Source of the DNA: Treponemataceae bacterium
GTDB lineage: Bacteria; Spirochaetota; Spirochaetia; Treponematales; Rectinemataceae
Length of the DNA stretch: 64,000 bases
Assembly (NCBI GenBank): GCA_963667725.2
Contig: CAXXHO010000005.1
Coordinates: 32,001 to 96,000, forward strand
Reading direction: 5' to 3'
Shown here: piece after piece, positions 20,494 through 31,045 of the stretch
How the letters are laid out: every line of letters starts with the position of its first letter
How positions within the stretch are numbered: the stretch's first letter is position 1
Position numbers and translations under genes: made by a program
Notes under the pieces: generated by a model
Database searches by the model: none
What the model saw: only the letters and a program-made list of their open reading frames with translations
Told to the model about the DNA's origin: nothing

Positions 20494-21456
20494 TCAGGCA
20501 ACATCAAAGGCCGCCTTCTCCAGCCCAAGTGCCCATCTCAATATGGCCTTCCATTTTGCTGCCGCCATAGATAGGTCCTCGCTGTTCCACCGCGCGCTCA
20601 CGATACAAGATGCCAAGCCAATCAGCAAAAGACGCCCCATGGCACTACACGCCATAGCCGCCCGATACACCGCACCATACCCACGCCCCCGCGTCTTTAC
20701 ACAAAAGTGCTGCACCGCCCTGACCTTCATGATCGTTGCCCATTGGTCGATCTTTTGCTGCCGACTGCTTTTCCCGCCATGGTGAATCATCCTCGCCTGG
20801 CTAATGTAGTAGTTAACATAACCAGCACGGACAACCTTGTAGCACAGGTCGAGGTCCTCCGCATACATGAAGTACTCCTCGCTGAACATGCCAACTTCCG
20901 CGAATACTTCGCGGCGGAGCATCATGCAAGCCCCGGAAACGGCCTCGACTTCGCTTGCCGAAGGACAATCGGATAACAGTGGGCTGATTCCCCACAGTCG
21001 GCTGTTTGGCCAGCGCGATCGTAAGTACGCGACATCCATTAGTTGATTGAGGACCGTCGGAAAACTCTGGATACAACTCGTCTGCACGGACAAGTCACTG
21101 TTTAGCAGCTTACATCCTATAACCCCCGCGTCCGGTAGGGACTTAAGCCGTTCCAGAACGATGTTGATCGTCTGCCCCAACAGCCTCGTGTCGGGGTTCA
21201 GGAAAAGAACGTGATCGCCCGAGGACTGCCTGAACCCGAGATTGTTAGCCCTGGCGAAGCCGAGATTTCGTGAACTCTTGATCACCTTGAGCTCGGAGAA
21301 TTGTTCAACCAGACGGTCACAGTCCTGAACTCGTGACGCGTTGTCAACTACAATGACCTCGAACGAGACTCCGCTTGTGAATTCATAAATACTGGCCACG
21401 CACTCTCGCAGGTAGTCGGTCGAGTTCCAGTTTACGAGAATAATCGACAAATCCAT
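20494..21456 (-). CDS. GT2 glycosyltransferase
   Basis: SIILVNWN, VDNAS, NLGFARANN, LNPDT and YFMYAEDLDLC. Confidence 0.9.
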   Translation of the reverse strand: MDLSIILVNWNSTDYLRECVASIYEFTSGVSFEVIVVDNASRVQDCDRLVEQFSELKVIKSSRNLGFARANNLGFRQSSGDHVLFLNPDTRLLGQTINIVLERLKSLPDAGVIGCKLLNSDLSVQTSCIQSFPTVLNQLMDVAYLRSRWPNSRLWGISPLLSDCPSASEVEAVSGACMMLRREVFAEVGMFSEEYFMYAEDLDLCYKVVRAGYVNYYISQARMIHHGGKSSRQQKIDQWATIMKVRAVQHFCVKTRGRGYGAVYRAAMACSAMGRLLLIGLASCIVSARWNSEDLSMAAAKWKAILRWALGLEKAAFDVA

Positions 21457-21503
21457 ATAACCCTCAATGGCCCACTTGCGGCGCGATTACCTGAACAGCG
21501 GGA

Positions 21504-22376
21504 TCACTGCCAGATACTGTGGCCACCTCGCAGCTTCGCGAGCTGCTCGCGACGCAGGTACCAGATCAACTTCGGGTCATCGACCTGGGGAATATGTTTC
21601 AGGTAGCCACTCACAAATCCATGTGCTAGTGCAAGTGGCCCTACAAGGTAGGGCCTCTTCCAAAGCCGCGATATGCACTTCGCCAACATGAACAGCGGAT
21701 GATATCCCGATATATAATTGGCTCTTCCGTTCTTGACCAGATCCCGCCAATGGCCGTCAGCTGAACCAGTAGGCCTAAGGTGATGGATGTGTACATCCGA
21801 AAAGCTTCTGGTGGCCCACCCCAGCATATTCGCCTTCACCTCATCCAGAGTGTCCCAGCCCGGCGCCGGCCAGAAGCCGCCAATGCCTTTCCAGCAGGCC
21901 CGCCGATAAATCTTGGTGGCCCCTCGAACGTGAAATCGTGGCCCCCCCAACTCTAGCTGCCGGCTACCGTCAGCCATCACGTTGTAGACAACACCTCCAC
22001 CGACCCCCAGGCGCGGCTCACGCTCAAAGTACGCGAGGCACTTTTCGAAGTAATCCGGCTCGAATGCCAAGTCACCGTCCAGCTTGACCATGAACTCCCA
22101 ATCATCGCACTGCAGCGCAGCATATCCATTGTTGAAGGCCTCCACCACGCCGCCACCGGATTCCCGAAATCCTCGATTTCGCCTATAAACGCCGCGTATC
22201 CACGGAACCCGGCGAGCACTCTCCTCTATGATGCTCCGCGTGGCATCCGTTGAACCGTCGTCTACAATGACCCACTCCGCCGGCGGGACCCGCTGGTGCA
22301 CCACGCTCTCGGCCGTAGACCGTAGGTGCGCCTCTTCATTGCGAACAGGCGTGATAATCACGTACCGATTGTTCAT
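21504..22376 (-). CDS. GT2 glycosyltransferase
   Basis: ITPVRNEE, VDDGSTD and KLDGD motifs. Confidence 0.9.
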   Translation of the reverse strand: MNNRYVIITPVRNEEAHLRSTAESVVHQRVPPAEWVIVDDGSTDATRSIIEESARRVPWIRGVYRRNRGFRESGGGVVEAFNNGYAALQCDDWEFMVKLDGDLAFEPDYFEKCLAYFEREPRLGVGGGVVYNVMADGSRQLELGGPRFHVRGATKIYRRACWKGIGGFWPAPGWDTLDEVKANMLGWATRSFSDVHIHHLRPTGSADGHWRDLVKNGRANYISGYHPLFMLAKCISRLWKRPYLVGPLALAHGFVSGYLKHIPQVDDPKLIWYLRREQLAKLRGGHSIWQ

Positions 22377-22403
22377 TTGGAGTTGAGGGCGATGATAATA
22401 TGA

Positions 22404-23759
22404 TCACTGAGCATGAGCTTCGAGAACTTCTACCGACTTCCTACCTTCGAGACGCGGAGGTGGTGCCTGAAGTGACGGCGCCGCTGCGGAAACCATAGCA
22501 AGAAAAGAAAACCACCACATCTGCGTCTGGTCGAAGTAGCTCACACCGAAGTAAGCCAGCACATGCGCGAACATCACGGCCCCGAGGCTCCAATATAGCC
22601 ATTGCTGCTGCCTATTACGCTTCGCCAGATCCCTCACCTTGCCGAGCCTGCTAAAGCCTAGAGCTATTACAGCTATAAAGGCGCCGAAGGCCACCAAGCC
22701 ACCCGCTTCCGCTCCTTGCACAAAACCGTTGCACGTGTCCCACATATCAAAGCCCCAGTTGCCGTTCTCACGAGTTCCGATCAACCACCAATCCTTAAAA
22801 TGACGAACGAAGTTGTCAATCAGCATCGCCCGGTGATAAGCATCCGAAGATCCCGTCACATTTACGCGGGCTATGATGAACCACACGGGCGCCTTCATGA
22901 TGAGATCCAATGCCGCCAGCGTCAGAACAATCCCCCAGCGCACCGCTCGCATGTACCTGCGTATAGGCCACAGGAACAGCGCGACAATCCCTCCAGCGAA
23001 GGCCGCAGCTGGAGTGCTCGAAGCGGACAGGTACACCATGACGAGCGAACCCATCATTCCCAGCGCACCTAGTGCCTTTGCCTTACCATGCTTCCATAGC
23101 CAATAGAATAAAGGTGTGAGCGTCGCTCCAAAGCAACCTGCCAGAATGGGATGCGAAAAGGACGCCTGGGCCCGGATCCGGTCAGCACGTACCGCTGGAG
23201 TAACTGGCACGCCGCCGAGATAACCAAACATATCTATCCAGTAGATACGTTCAACGATCATGCACAGGCCAAATATCAGAGCAAGCACCGCGAAGGTTTT
23301 GGCTGCCGTGACGATATCGTCGACGTCTCGAATCAGGTAGCGCAGGAAGAAATACCCGCCGAACGCCTGTATCCAGAACGCGAATTGAAGTGGCATCGCT
23401 TCTGTTTCGCCAAACAATAGTAAGGGAGCTAAGCCCGCATAGAACGCCCATAAGGTGAACGCCCAATCGATTGCACCCAAGCCATTGGGTACAAGCCTAC
23501 CCCCAGTCGTCAGTTTTTGATGGAACACCCTCACACAGCCCACTAGGATCATAATCCGTAGTACCAGCCAGTGAGTGCCCGCAATATAGATCTGCTGGCC
23601 GAGCGGTGTCAAGAAGGTAATCAGGAGGAATGGGACAACTATCTTCCGTCTCGGGAGCGTCAGAACCAGTATGACGCTTAGGACCATCCCTACAAGGACC
23701 ACTGGATGGAGTACCGTCGCTGACGCTCCACCACCATAGTCGAAGTTTTCTGGCCTCAT
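22404..23759 (-). CDS. Wzy/O-antigen ligase-like polytopic membrane protein (probable polymerase)
   Basis: About 10 TM helices. RAQASFSHPI periplasmic motif. Lies within a Wzx-containing cluster. Confidence 0.7.
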   Translation of the reverse strand: MRPENFDYGGGASATVLHPVVLVGMVLSVILVLTLPRRKIVVPFLLITFLTPLGQQIYIAGTHWLVLRIMILVGCVRVFHQKLTTGGRLVPNGLGAIDWAFTLWAFYAGLAPLLLFGETEAMPLQFAFWIQAFGGYFFLRYLIRDVDDIVTAAKTFAVLALIFGLCMIVERIYWIDMFGYLGGVPVTPAVRADRIRAQASFSHPILAGCFGATLTPLFYWLWKHGKAKALGALGMMGSLVMVYLSASSTPAAAFAGGIVALFLWPIRRYMRAVRWGIVLTLAALDLIMKAPVWFIIARVNVTGSSDAYHRAMLIDNFVRHFKDWWLIGTRENGNWGFDMWDTCNGFVQGAEAGGLVAFGAFIAVIALGFSRLGKVRDLAKRNRQQQWLYWSLGAVMFAHVLAYFGVSYFDQTQMWWFSFLAMVSAAAPSLQAPPPRLEGRKSVEVLEAHAQ

Positions 23760-23762
23760 CCT

Positions 23763-24476
23763 TTAGCAGACCGCTCCTTGACCGTTCCGGGACGGTACAA
23801 ATGTCAGAACCACCCCGGCGCTGTCTTCTCGAGTTAAGCTCTCCAAAACTTGATATTCATTCTTAATGTGCAATATAATCTCTCGGTACTTCTCACGATC
23901 GCAGAGCCGCACCATCAGCAGGCCGTCCGGTTTAAGATATTCAGAATACCGCCGGAGAATCCGCTTCACCTGGTACCCCGGAAAGTATTGGAGACAGTCA
24001 CTGAAGAGAATGATTGAGAACAGCTTCGGTGGAACATAAGAGAGAATATCTCCTGCCTGAAAATGGCTCTTTTGCCCTCTTACGGGATCTTGAGCAAGAC
24101 GACGTTCGGCGTTTTCGGCGGCAACCTTCGAAATGTCAACTCCAAGATATTCTCGGAAGTGGCCAGCAATCGCGCCGCAAGTGTAGCCATCGCCGCAACC
24201 CAGATCCAGAATATCGAGGCCTGCGCTGTGCCTGTCTAGGGCTTCATAGGCGATGTCCCGCTCTCGCATAGGCCGTGAGGGGTCCTGTCTCCAGTCCCAA
24301 TGCCCGCTCGCATGTTCGCGGTCCCAGATCCGCTGTTTCAGTGATGCTGTGCCTATCCGTTTTACAACAGCATCTGTCCATTTGCTAAGCTTTCCATTCA
24401 TCACAGCTGTTTTGACCTCCCTAACCGGTCCTCGCCGGAAAGACTTTGGCAGATCAGATCGCCGATCAGGCTCCAT
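23763..24476 (-). CDS. Class I SAM-dependent methyltransferase
   Basis: ILDLGCGDG motif I, GVDIS and LKPDG. The start may instead be near 24401-24404. Confidence 0.85.
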   Translation of the reverse strand: MEPDRRSDLPKSFRRGPVREVKTAVMNGKLSKWTDAVVKRIGTASLKQRIWDREHASGHWDWRQDPSRPMRERDIAYEALDRHSAGLDILDLGCGDGYTCGAIAGHFREYLGVDISKVAAENAERRLAQDPVRGQKSHFQAGDILSYVPPKLFSIILFSDCLQYFPGYQVKRILRRYSEYLKPDGLLMVRLCDREKYREIILHIKNEYQVLESLTREDSAGVVLTFVPSRNGQGAVC

Positions 24477-25440
24477 CCTCAGAGAAGACGCTCGCCGTTG
24501 CTGATTGTTGCGGCAAGGGACCGGTCTTCATTTTGGGATACCAGGGCGATCGGCGGTATACCGCTCCAGCTGCGCGCCTTAACACTTCGAAGTGGCTATT
24601 ATTTGATACCTCCGAACCAGGAAATGCTGTCTGCATGACGCCGTAATCTGCATCGAGGGCAGCCTGGATTCTGTTGGCTTGCCGCTGCACCTGCCGCGCC
24701 AGCTTTCCTCCCTCAGGCGAAGTCAGCCTCTCAAAGCGCCTCCAGACGCACAGCTCACACTCCTTCAAGGGGCGTTCATTCTCTAGTACCGCACGTGAAA
24801 TGCTGTCTTTGCTCTGCCGCCACACCACGAGGGGGTCAGCGATGAAAGCCCACGGGCCAAGTAACGAAAGGCGGAGCGCTAGATCATGGTCCTCGTCGTA
24901 ACGCAGTGTCGGATCGAATTCCCCAGCCTTCTCATAGGCGCCGCGGCGAATCACCGTTGTCTGGCAAGTCTGCACAAACCGGGTTACAAGGACTTCTGTC
25001 ACATTCCACCACAAGCCGTCTGAGTGTCTCGGGAACAAAGTGGCGTTGTCGAAGGACGTATTGTGCTTCCCTATTACCCGTTCTAGCAACGCATTGCTTA
25101 TGCAACACGGAACGGCATCTCCAGCTCTCTGCAGAACCGCGGCGCACCGGTCCAAAAAGGCAGGTAGCCACACATCGTCCGAATCAAGAAACGCAAGCAG
25201 GGTTCCTCGCGACATTCGGGCCCCAGCATAGCGGGCCGCAGCTGGCCCGCCATTTCTCTGATGAAGGACGCGGATTCTCTCACCATAGCGCCGGAGCACG
25301 TTTCGCGTATCATCGGTTGATCCGTCATCAACAACGATAAGCTCGACGTTCGAGTATGTCTGCGTTAATACGCTTTCAATCGCTCGGCCGACTGAGCGTC
25401 CTCGATTGTAAGTCGGAATAACTACGCTTATGAGAGACAT
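24466..25440 (-). CDS. GT2 glycosyltransferase
   Basis: ISVVIPTYNR, VDDGSTD and FLDSDD. Confidence 0.9.
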   Translation of the reverse strand: MSLISVVIPTYNRGRSVGRAIESVLTQTYSNVELIVVDDGSTDDTRNVLRRYGERIRVLHQRNGGPAAARYAGARMSRGTLLAFLDSDDVWLPAFLDRCAAVLQRAGDAVPCCISNALLERVIGKHNTSFDNATLFPRHSDGLWWNVTEVLVTRFVQTCQTTVIRRGAYEKAGEFDPTLRYDEDHDLALRLSLLGPWAFIADPLVVWRQSKDSISRAVLENERPLKECELCVWRRFERLTSPEGGKLARQVQRQANRIQAALDADYGVMQTAFPGSEVSNNSHFEVLRRAAGAVYRRSPWYPKMKTGPLPQQSATASVFSEDGA

Positions 25441-25451
25441 GTGCCGATATC

Positions 25452-26423
25452 TTAGAGAGCATAACGCCGTTCGTCAACATCTCGACGGCTGCGCAAACGA
25501 GAACCCAGCCAGATCCACACTTCCACTCCGACATGACCAAATAATGCAGCGACGAAAAACGCGACCGACTTTAACGAGAAACCGAAACGAAACTGTTGCA
25601 ATGCCAGGGTACTCACCGGCTCACCCTTTCGAGCCAGCGCTCTGCAAAGACCCCTGACACCATGAGCGTGCGATCTCGGCCATTGCTTGCGCGCGTCATT
25701 CCTCGCTATCAAAGAGTAGGCATCGACTCTGGCGCGGAAATAGTCCTCCGAATATCTTCCGGCGAGGTCGCTTGAACTGGCAAGAAGGTCGCTAGTCCTA
25801 TATATCTTGGTCACCGTTGCGGAGACGGCAGCAAACCTATATTGACAAGCCACCTGAACCCCAACCAAGAAGTCTTCACTGTGCCGCAAACCCTCGCTGA
25901 AGCAATCCACCGCCAAGAGGGCAGCTCTTCGAATGATGCTAGTCTGAACTAACCCAAATTGAAACGGGTGATGTACACTCCAGATGTCGCTGAATACTTG
26001 CATATTTCCGGCCATTTTGAGCCCATGTCGCTCAAAGAGGCTTATCGGTTCGCTGCCGTCCTTGATTATTAACGCGTCCCCGAATATCCACGCTACATTT
26101 GCGGGGACCAGCGCAGCTGCCTCAAGCAGTCTTCCAGTCCGGTCAGGCAACCACTCATCGTCGCTATCCAGAAATGCAATCCACTCGCATTGAGCTTCCC
26201 GCACTGCTCGGCGACGTGCCCCGGAGACACCCGTATTGTCCTGGCTAACAACTCGTACTCGTTTCCCGTACCGTGACCTGATACTCTGGGCGCTGCCATC
26301 CGTTGATCCATCGTCAATGACAATTACTTCGTCTACGGGGTGCTCCTGAGAGAGTATACTGTCAATCGCCCGTATCACCTGCGTGCGGCGATTGTAGGTC
26401 GGTACCAGCGCAGCAACGTTCAT
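25452..26423 (-). CDS. GT2 glycosyltransferase
   Basis: VPTYNR, IDDGSTD and FLDSDD. Confidence 0.9.
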   Translation of the reverse strand: MNVAALVPTYNRRTQVIRAIDSILSQEHPVDEVIVIDDGSTDGSAQSIRSRYGKRVRVVSQDNTGVSGARRRAVREAQCEWIAFLDSDDEWLPDRTGRLLEAAALVPANVAWIFGDALIIKDGSEPISLFERHGLKMAGNMQVFSDIWSVHHPFQFGLVQTSIIRRAALLAVDCFSEGLRHSEDFLVGVQVACQYRFAAVSATVTKIYRTSDLLASSSDLAGRYSEDYFRARVDAYSLIARNDARKQWPRSHAHGVRGLCRALARKGEPVSTLALQQFRFGFSLKSVAFFVAALFGHVGVEVWIWLGSRLRSRRDVDERRYAL

Positions 26424-26631
26424 GTGTGCTTTCTTGGGGGATCCTCAGTAAAGAGGACGGGGGGGACGGTCGGACACCCTCTAGAGAACCCGCCCGGCGC
26501 GGCACAGCCACGCCGCAAACGGCGGCCACGGGACCCTGGACTTCAGCAGAAAACTTGAAACTGAACGGATTTCGTGTTTCTTCACTGCTTTGCTGCTTGG
26601 ATTCGGGTAGTCCGAATTCTAACAGGCGAGG

Positions 26632-28224
26632 CTACAAGCCGCCCGTGCCAGCGATGGCCGTCAAACCCGCAGGCGCACTTGGAGGAGCGCCGAAGTACTG
26701 ATAGGCGCCGATATCCCACGGTCCGCTTGTTGGCCGTGGTTTGCCAGCCGCGTCATAACATAACGCGCCGATCCCGGGATTTGGCTGTCCATCGCACAAG
26801 CCGTAAAGGTTAGCCCCAGCCGAGATAACCGGAGAGCCAGCATTGGGCCTGTAATTCACAGTCAGATTAGGATTTGTTGTGATGCCATGAGCGTCGAAGC
26901 CGAGAGCCTTCCACGCCGCAAAAGTCGAATAGGTGGAGTTATTGTAAAACCAGCGCGAGACGTTGTACCAAATATTGTAATCCGATGACTGCAGCCCAGC
27001 GGCTGTGGCATAAGTTGCTTGGGCGGGAGACGGTGACCAAATATTGTTGGTCAACACTGCCTTCGCCCCAGACGAGTTTGGACCATACAGCATCCCGGCA
27101 ATTAGAGTATTGTTATATACTCTGGGGCCGTTTGGCATATTAAGAATCGAGATCACACCGTTACCGCAGCTTGAGCCAGATTGGTCGATAACATTATTGA
27201 ATATCCACGGTGCGTCAATGGTCCCAGCGCTGGAGGACATGAAAATACCTGCGGTGCAATGCGACCCGCCAAAATTTCCATAAATATAGTTATTGTAATA
27301 TGCAATCGGGGCACGGATGGAATCGCCAGTGCTCTCCGCCCAGAAATAGATCCCGTTGTGGTGCTGGTACGAATCACTCGGGTCATCCCAATTCTGGAAG
27401 TCGTGGATACGGTTGCGATACACCAGCAATCCTGTCAGGGATGAAGCTCCATCTCCAAATCCCGCTACACCGAAGTTAATATTCGATATTTCATTGTCGA
27501 AGACCGACACGTTGGACATTCCGGCTGGCGTATACTCCGTGAACACACCAACCCTAACGTCGTGGATTGTGTTGTTATGGACCGATAGTCCGCTACCGCC
27601 ATTCAGAGAAACTCCTGCACTCTCGCCGTTCCCGTTGTCTTCTGTGGCAGCGTGGACATAAATGTTAGAAACCGTGAGGTTCTTGATTTCGATCTGCGAG
27701 GCGTTCTGCGTCCCAACTCCAGCGCCTACATAGGCGGAGGATGTATATGAACACGCTCCTCCTGAGCAAGCGGTACCAGGGCTTCCCGCTAAAGTGGCGC
27801 GGATGGTTCCGTTCGTTCCTCCATCGACGACCACGTATGAGACATTTCGGATTCCAATGACCGACACACTGCCCCAGTAGGGCGATGTCAAGACAGCGCC
27901 AGGCTCAAAGAGCAGGGTGACAGGATTACCGGCACTCCCCCCGCCTTTGAATGACAGGTAATCACTTGATCCAGCGGTAGGTCCCGTGAACGTACCGCAG
28001 AGATGTACGGTAGTCCCGGGCCCGATTTTGTTCGTCCCCGTCCCCCAGTTGCCGGTGGTATTGAAATAACTCACCGCGTAGGCATTAGCGCAACTACTAC
28101 CATTGTTCGCCCCGACGGAGTTCTGCGCAATATATACATCGTTCGCCCTCACAACTCCAGAAGCGAACACCAAGCTGACCATTCCTAGTATCAACCGGGA
28201 GCCGTTCGAGAACACCTTAATCAC
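26632..28224 (-). CDS. Secreted right-handed beta-helix (pectin lyase-like) protein with DIGAY C-terminal motif
   Basis: Signal peptide after GTG at ~28215-28224, with AAGGTGG upstream. Asn-rich xxNNxI repeats. GSPVISAG...WDIGAYQY tail. The upstream extension in the ORF track overlaps the deacetylase gene and is unlikely to be real. Confidence 0.75.
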   Translation of the reverse strand: MIKVFSNGSRLILGMVSLVFASGVVRANDVYIAQNSVGANNGSSCANAYAVSYFNTTGNWGTGTNKIGPGTTVHLCGTFTGPTAGSSDYLSFKGGGSAGNPVTLLFEPGAVLTSPYWGSVSVIGIRNVSYVVVDGGTNGTIRATLAGSPGTACSGGACSYTSSAYVGAGVGTQNASQIEIKNLTVSNIYVHAATEDNGNGESAGVSLNGGSGLSVHNNTIHDVRVGVFTEYTPAGMSNVSVFDNEISNINFGVAGFGDGASSLTGLLVYRNRIHDFQNWDDPSDSYQHHNGIYFWAESTGDSIRAPIAYYNNYIYGNFGGSHCTAGIFMSSSAGTIDAPWIFNNVIDQSGSSCGNGVISILNMPNGPRVYNNTLIAGMLYGPNSSGAKAVLTNNIWSPSPAQATYATAAGLQSSDYNIWYNVSRWFYNNSTYSTFAAWKALGFDAHGITTNPNLTVNYRPNAGSPVISAGANLYGLCDGQPNPGIGALCYDAAGKPRPTSGPWDIGAYQYFGAPPSAPAGLTAIAGTGGL

Positions 28225-28399
28225 CACCTTTTTGGGTCGATTCGCCCTATGTGCCACGGCGCGCGCACCGCGTCGGAGAGCATTCGCCCAAACAGAATGA
28301 TTATAGTAGAGCAAAGGCGGTGTTCCCGATATTGAAAATGGTTGTACTTTCACTGCTAACGTCGGAGAGGCGGCACTGCCAGATATTCCTCCACTCGAA

Positions 28400-29266
28400 T
28401 CACTCCCCTTGCTCGGCCGCACGGCGCAACTGCGGCTTCCACATCTTCGACGTGAGCTGTATTGTGTGGAGCCAGTCGTACCCGCCCTCCAACTTTGCCT
28501 TGAGAAACCCGCTGTCGTCACCGGAGTTTACCGGAAGGCGCTCCAAAACGCAGCGGTCGCTGCGCCGGCTGAGTCGGCCAATGATTGTCGAAACCCCGTT
28601 GCAGTAGCCAGCCGCGATCAGCATCTCGCGAAATTCTCGCTTGAATTCGCGGTTGGCCTCCGGGAAAGCGTAAGGATAGGAGAACGATCGGACCGGTGCG
28701 CCCAACCTGTCTTCCACCTCGGTCCTTGAGCACCACAACTCGCGCTTGACCGATTCCTTTGGGAGAGTCGCCAATTGAGGATGCGTGACCGTGTGAGATC
28801 CAAATTCGATGCCGGCATTCTGCAATTCCCGAACATGGCTCCAAGTCAGGCATTCCGTGCCGTTGAACGCCTGCGCCGTGTCGCCGATATAGGCCGTCGG
28901 GAGAAAGACGGTCGCGGTGTAGCGGAACGCACTCAGGACCGGAAAGGCTTCGGTGTAGAAATCCTCGTATCCATCATCGAACGTGAGGACAACCGCCTTT
29001 CTCGCATTCGGGGATGGCGCCTCGATTCTCTGGATAGCTTCATCGAGATTGATCGCCTCGTATCCATTCCGCGCAAGATACTTGATTTGGTTCTCGAAAA
29101 TCGTGGGGTCCGTGCACGTCCGAAAATATGGGCCTCGGCCCCTTTCCTCTTCCCGCGAAATGCTGTGGTACATCAGGATGGGAATCCCCGGCCGCGGTCC
29201 AGCCAGACGCTGTAAAGGATAGAAAAGCCCGAGGGTAACGATCCTGTCCGGACGAAACTTCAGCAT
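28400..29266 (-). CDS. Polysaccharide deacetylase (NodB/IcaB-like)
   Basis: PILMYHSI, LTFDDGY, GSHTVTHP and SFSYPY. Confidence 0.9.
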   Translation of the reverse strand: MLKFRPDRIVTLGLFYPLQRLAGPRPGIPILMYHSISREEERGRGPYFRTCTDPTIFENQIKYLARNGYEAINLDEAIQRIEAPSPNARKAVVLTFDDGYEDFYTEAFPVLSAFRYTATVFLPTAYIGDTAQAFNGTECLTWSHVRELQNAGIEFGSHTVTHPQLATLPKESVKRELWCSRTEVEDRLGAPVRSFSYPYAFPEANREFKREFREMLIAAGYCNGVSTIIGRLSRRSDRCVLERLPVNSGDDSGFLKAKLEGGYDWLHTIQLTSKMWKPQLRRAAEQGE

Positions 29267-29299
29267 TTGAAAGGCGACCTCCCCTTCAAGGAATGTAAG

Positions 29300-30529
29300 T
29301 TACACCCGGGCAGCGGTTGCCGCGCGCCGAACTTCCTCCCGCTCTGTCCTGGACGAGAGGAAGCCCATTATGCCCGCAGAGACCCATACCTGCTGCTCAC
29401 CGGACAACTGGGGGAACATCGGCAACGAGACTATTTCTGGCGCAACCTTCTCCGCTACCGGATAGTCTCCCGGACTTGGACCGAGCCCTTCATAGGCCTT
29501 CTGTAGATGGAGCGGTATTGGATAGTGAACCGCGGTGGCGACGCTTGAGTTGGCCATGTGCCGCATGAAGGCGTCCCGGCCCTGTACTCGGATGGCGTAC
29601 AGATGGTATACAGCTTTGGTCCATTCGGGTTTGTGCGGGACCAACTCCGCATGCCCGGCCTTGATAAACAACTCCCGGTATCGCGCTGCCGCTTCCCGCC
29701 GCTGCTCATTCCACTTGGCCAGGTGCTTCAGCTTCACGCTCAGGATTCCCGCCTGAATCGCATCCAGCCGCCCGTTGAACCCTTCTACGTCGTGGTAGTA
29801 CTTTCGGCTCTGCCCGTGGTCACGCAGCATGCGGATCTTCCGCGCAATCCCCTCGTCGTTGGTCGTCACCGCACCAGCTTCCCCGCAGGCGCCCAAGTTC
29901 TTTCCCGGATAGAAGCTGAATGCCCCGGCACTGCCCATCGATCCGGCTTTCCGCCAGCGCTGCTCGCGCCGCGAGAAATACTCGGCCCCATGCGCTTGGC
30001 ACGCATCCTCCACCACAACCAGGCCGAACCGCTCCGCTAATTCCAGAATAGGGTCCATGTCCGCCGGTTGCCCGTAAAGATGCACCGGGACCACGGCCGA
30101 CACGCGCAATCCTAGCCGCCGGTTGATCACCGCGCCTTCCGCATCGATGAAGCACTTCTCTTCCAGGTATCCCCGCAACTTCTCGGGGTCCATGTTGTAC
30201 GTTCGTTCGTCAATGTCCACGAAATCTGGACGCGCACCGGCCTGGGTGATCGCCTCGGTAGTCGCGATAAACGTATTCGGAACCGTGACGACAATGGAAC
30301 CCTGCGGCACTCCGGCAGCCATCAAGGCGAAGCGCACTGCATCCGTGCCGCTGCCCACTCCCACACAATGTTCGGTCTCGCAGAATGCGGCGAACTCGCG
30401 CTCGAAGTTCTGAACCATCGGACCGCCGATGAAGCCAGCGGTATCGAGCGCTTGGTTGAACACAGCCACCAGCTCCTCGCGAAGTTCTGCGTGGGGTGTT
30501 ACGAGATCAAGGAACGGAATCGGTGTCAT
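29300..30529 (-). CDS. DegT/DnrJ/EryC1/StrS PLP aminotransferase (WbpE-like)
   Basis: PVHLYGQ, EDACQAHGA, FSFYPGKNLG and GRLDAIQA. Confidence 0.92.
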   Translation of the reverse strand: MTPIPFLDLVTPHAELREELVAVFNQALDTAGFIGGPMVQNFEREFAAFCETEHCVGVGSGTDAVRFALMAAGVPQGSIVVTVPNTFIATTEAITQAGARPDFVDIDERTYNMDPEKLRGYLEEKCFIDAEGAVINRRLGLRVSAVVPVHLYGQPADMDPILELAERFGLVVVEDACQAHGAEYFSRREQRWRKAGSMGSAGAFSFYPGKNLGACGEAGAVTTNDEGIARKIRMLRDHGQSRKYYHDVEGFNGRLDAIQAGILSVKLKHLAKWNEQRREAAARYRELFIKAGHAELVPHKPEWTKAVYHLYAIRVQGRDAFMRHMANSSVATAVHYPIPLHLQKAYEGLGPSPGDYPVAEKVAPEIVSLPMFPQLSGEQQVWVSAGIMGFLSSRTEREEVRRAATAARV

Positions 30530-30568
30530 GAAATCACTCGCTTCTGAAAGTCCCAAATCGACAGCGTG

Positions 30569-31045
30569 CTACAAGATCCGCAACACGCGGCCCGGCACAC
30601 CTGCAACAACCGCGTTTGGTGGAACGTTGTGGGTCACCACGGCACCGGCGCCGATCATAGCGCCCTCGCCGATCGTGACATTTGCCAAAATCGTAGATCC
30701 TGACCCGATCGACGCACGCTTCTTTACCAGCGTCGGCGCCACAATCCAGTCTTGTCCCTGTTCTTGCAACTCGCCCGTTGGACTCGTCGCCCTGGGATAG
30801 ACGTCGTTGATGAACACCACCCCGTGACCCACAAATACCTCATCTTCGATCGTCACGCCTTCACAGATGAAGGTATGGCTGGAAATCTTGCAGTTCTTCC
30901 CGACGCTGGCGTTCTTCTGGATCTCGACAAACGCGCCGATCTTGGTGTTGTCCCCAACCTCGCAACCGTAGAGGTTGATGAACTTCGCCAGCTTCACGTT
31001 CGCGCCCAGCTTCACGTCCGGGGCAATCGCCAGGAATTCGTTCAC
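30569..31045 (-). CDS. Hexapeptide-repeat N-acetyltransferase (WbpD-like)
   Basis: NLYGCEVGDNTKIGAFVEIQK, FINDVYPRAT and GAGAVVT. The GTG start at 31045 overlaps the upstream stop. Confidence 0.88.
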   Translation of the reverse strand: MNEFLAIAPDVKLGANVKLAKFINLYGCEVGDNTKIGAFVEIQKNASVGKNCKISSHTFICEGVTIEDEVFVGHGVVFINDVYPRATSPTGELQEQGQDWIVAPTLVKKRASIGSGSTILANVTIGEGAMIGAGAVVTHNVPPNAVVAGVPGRVLRIL

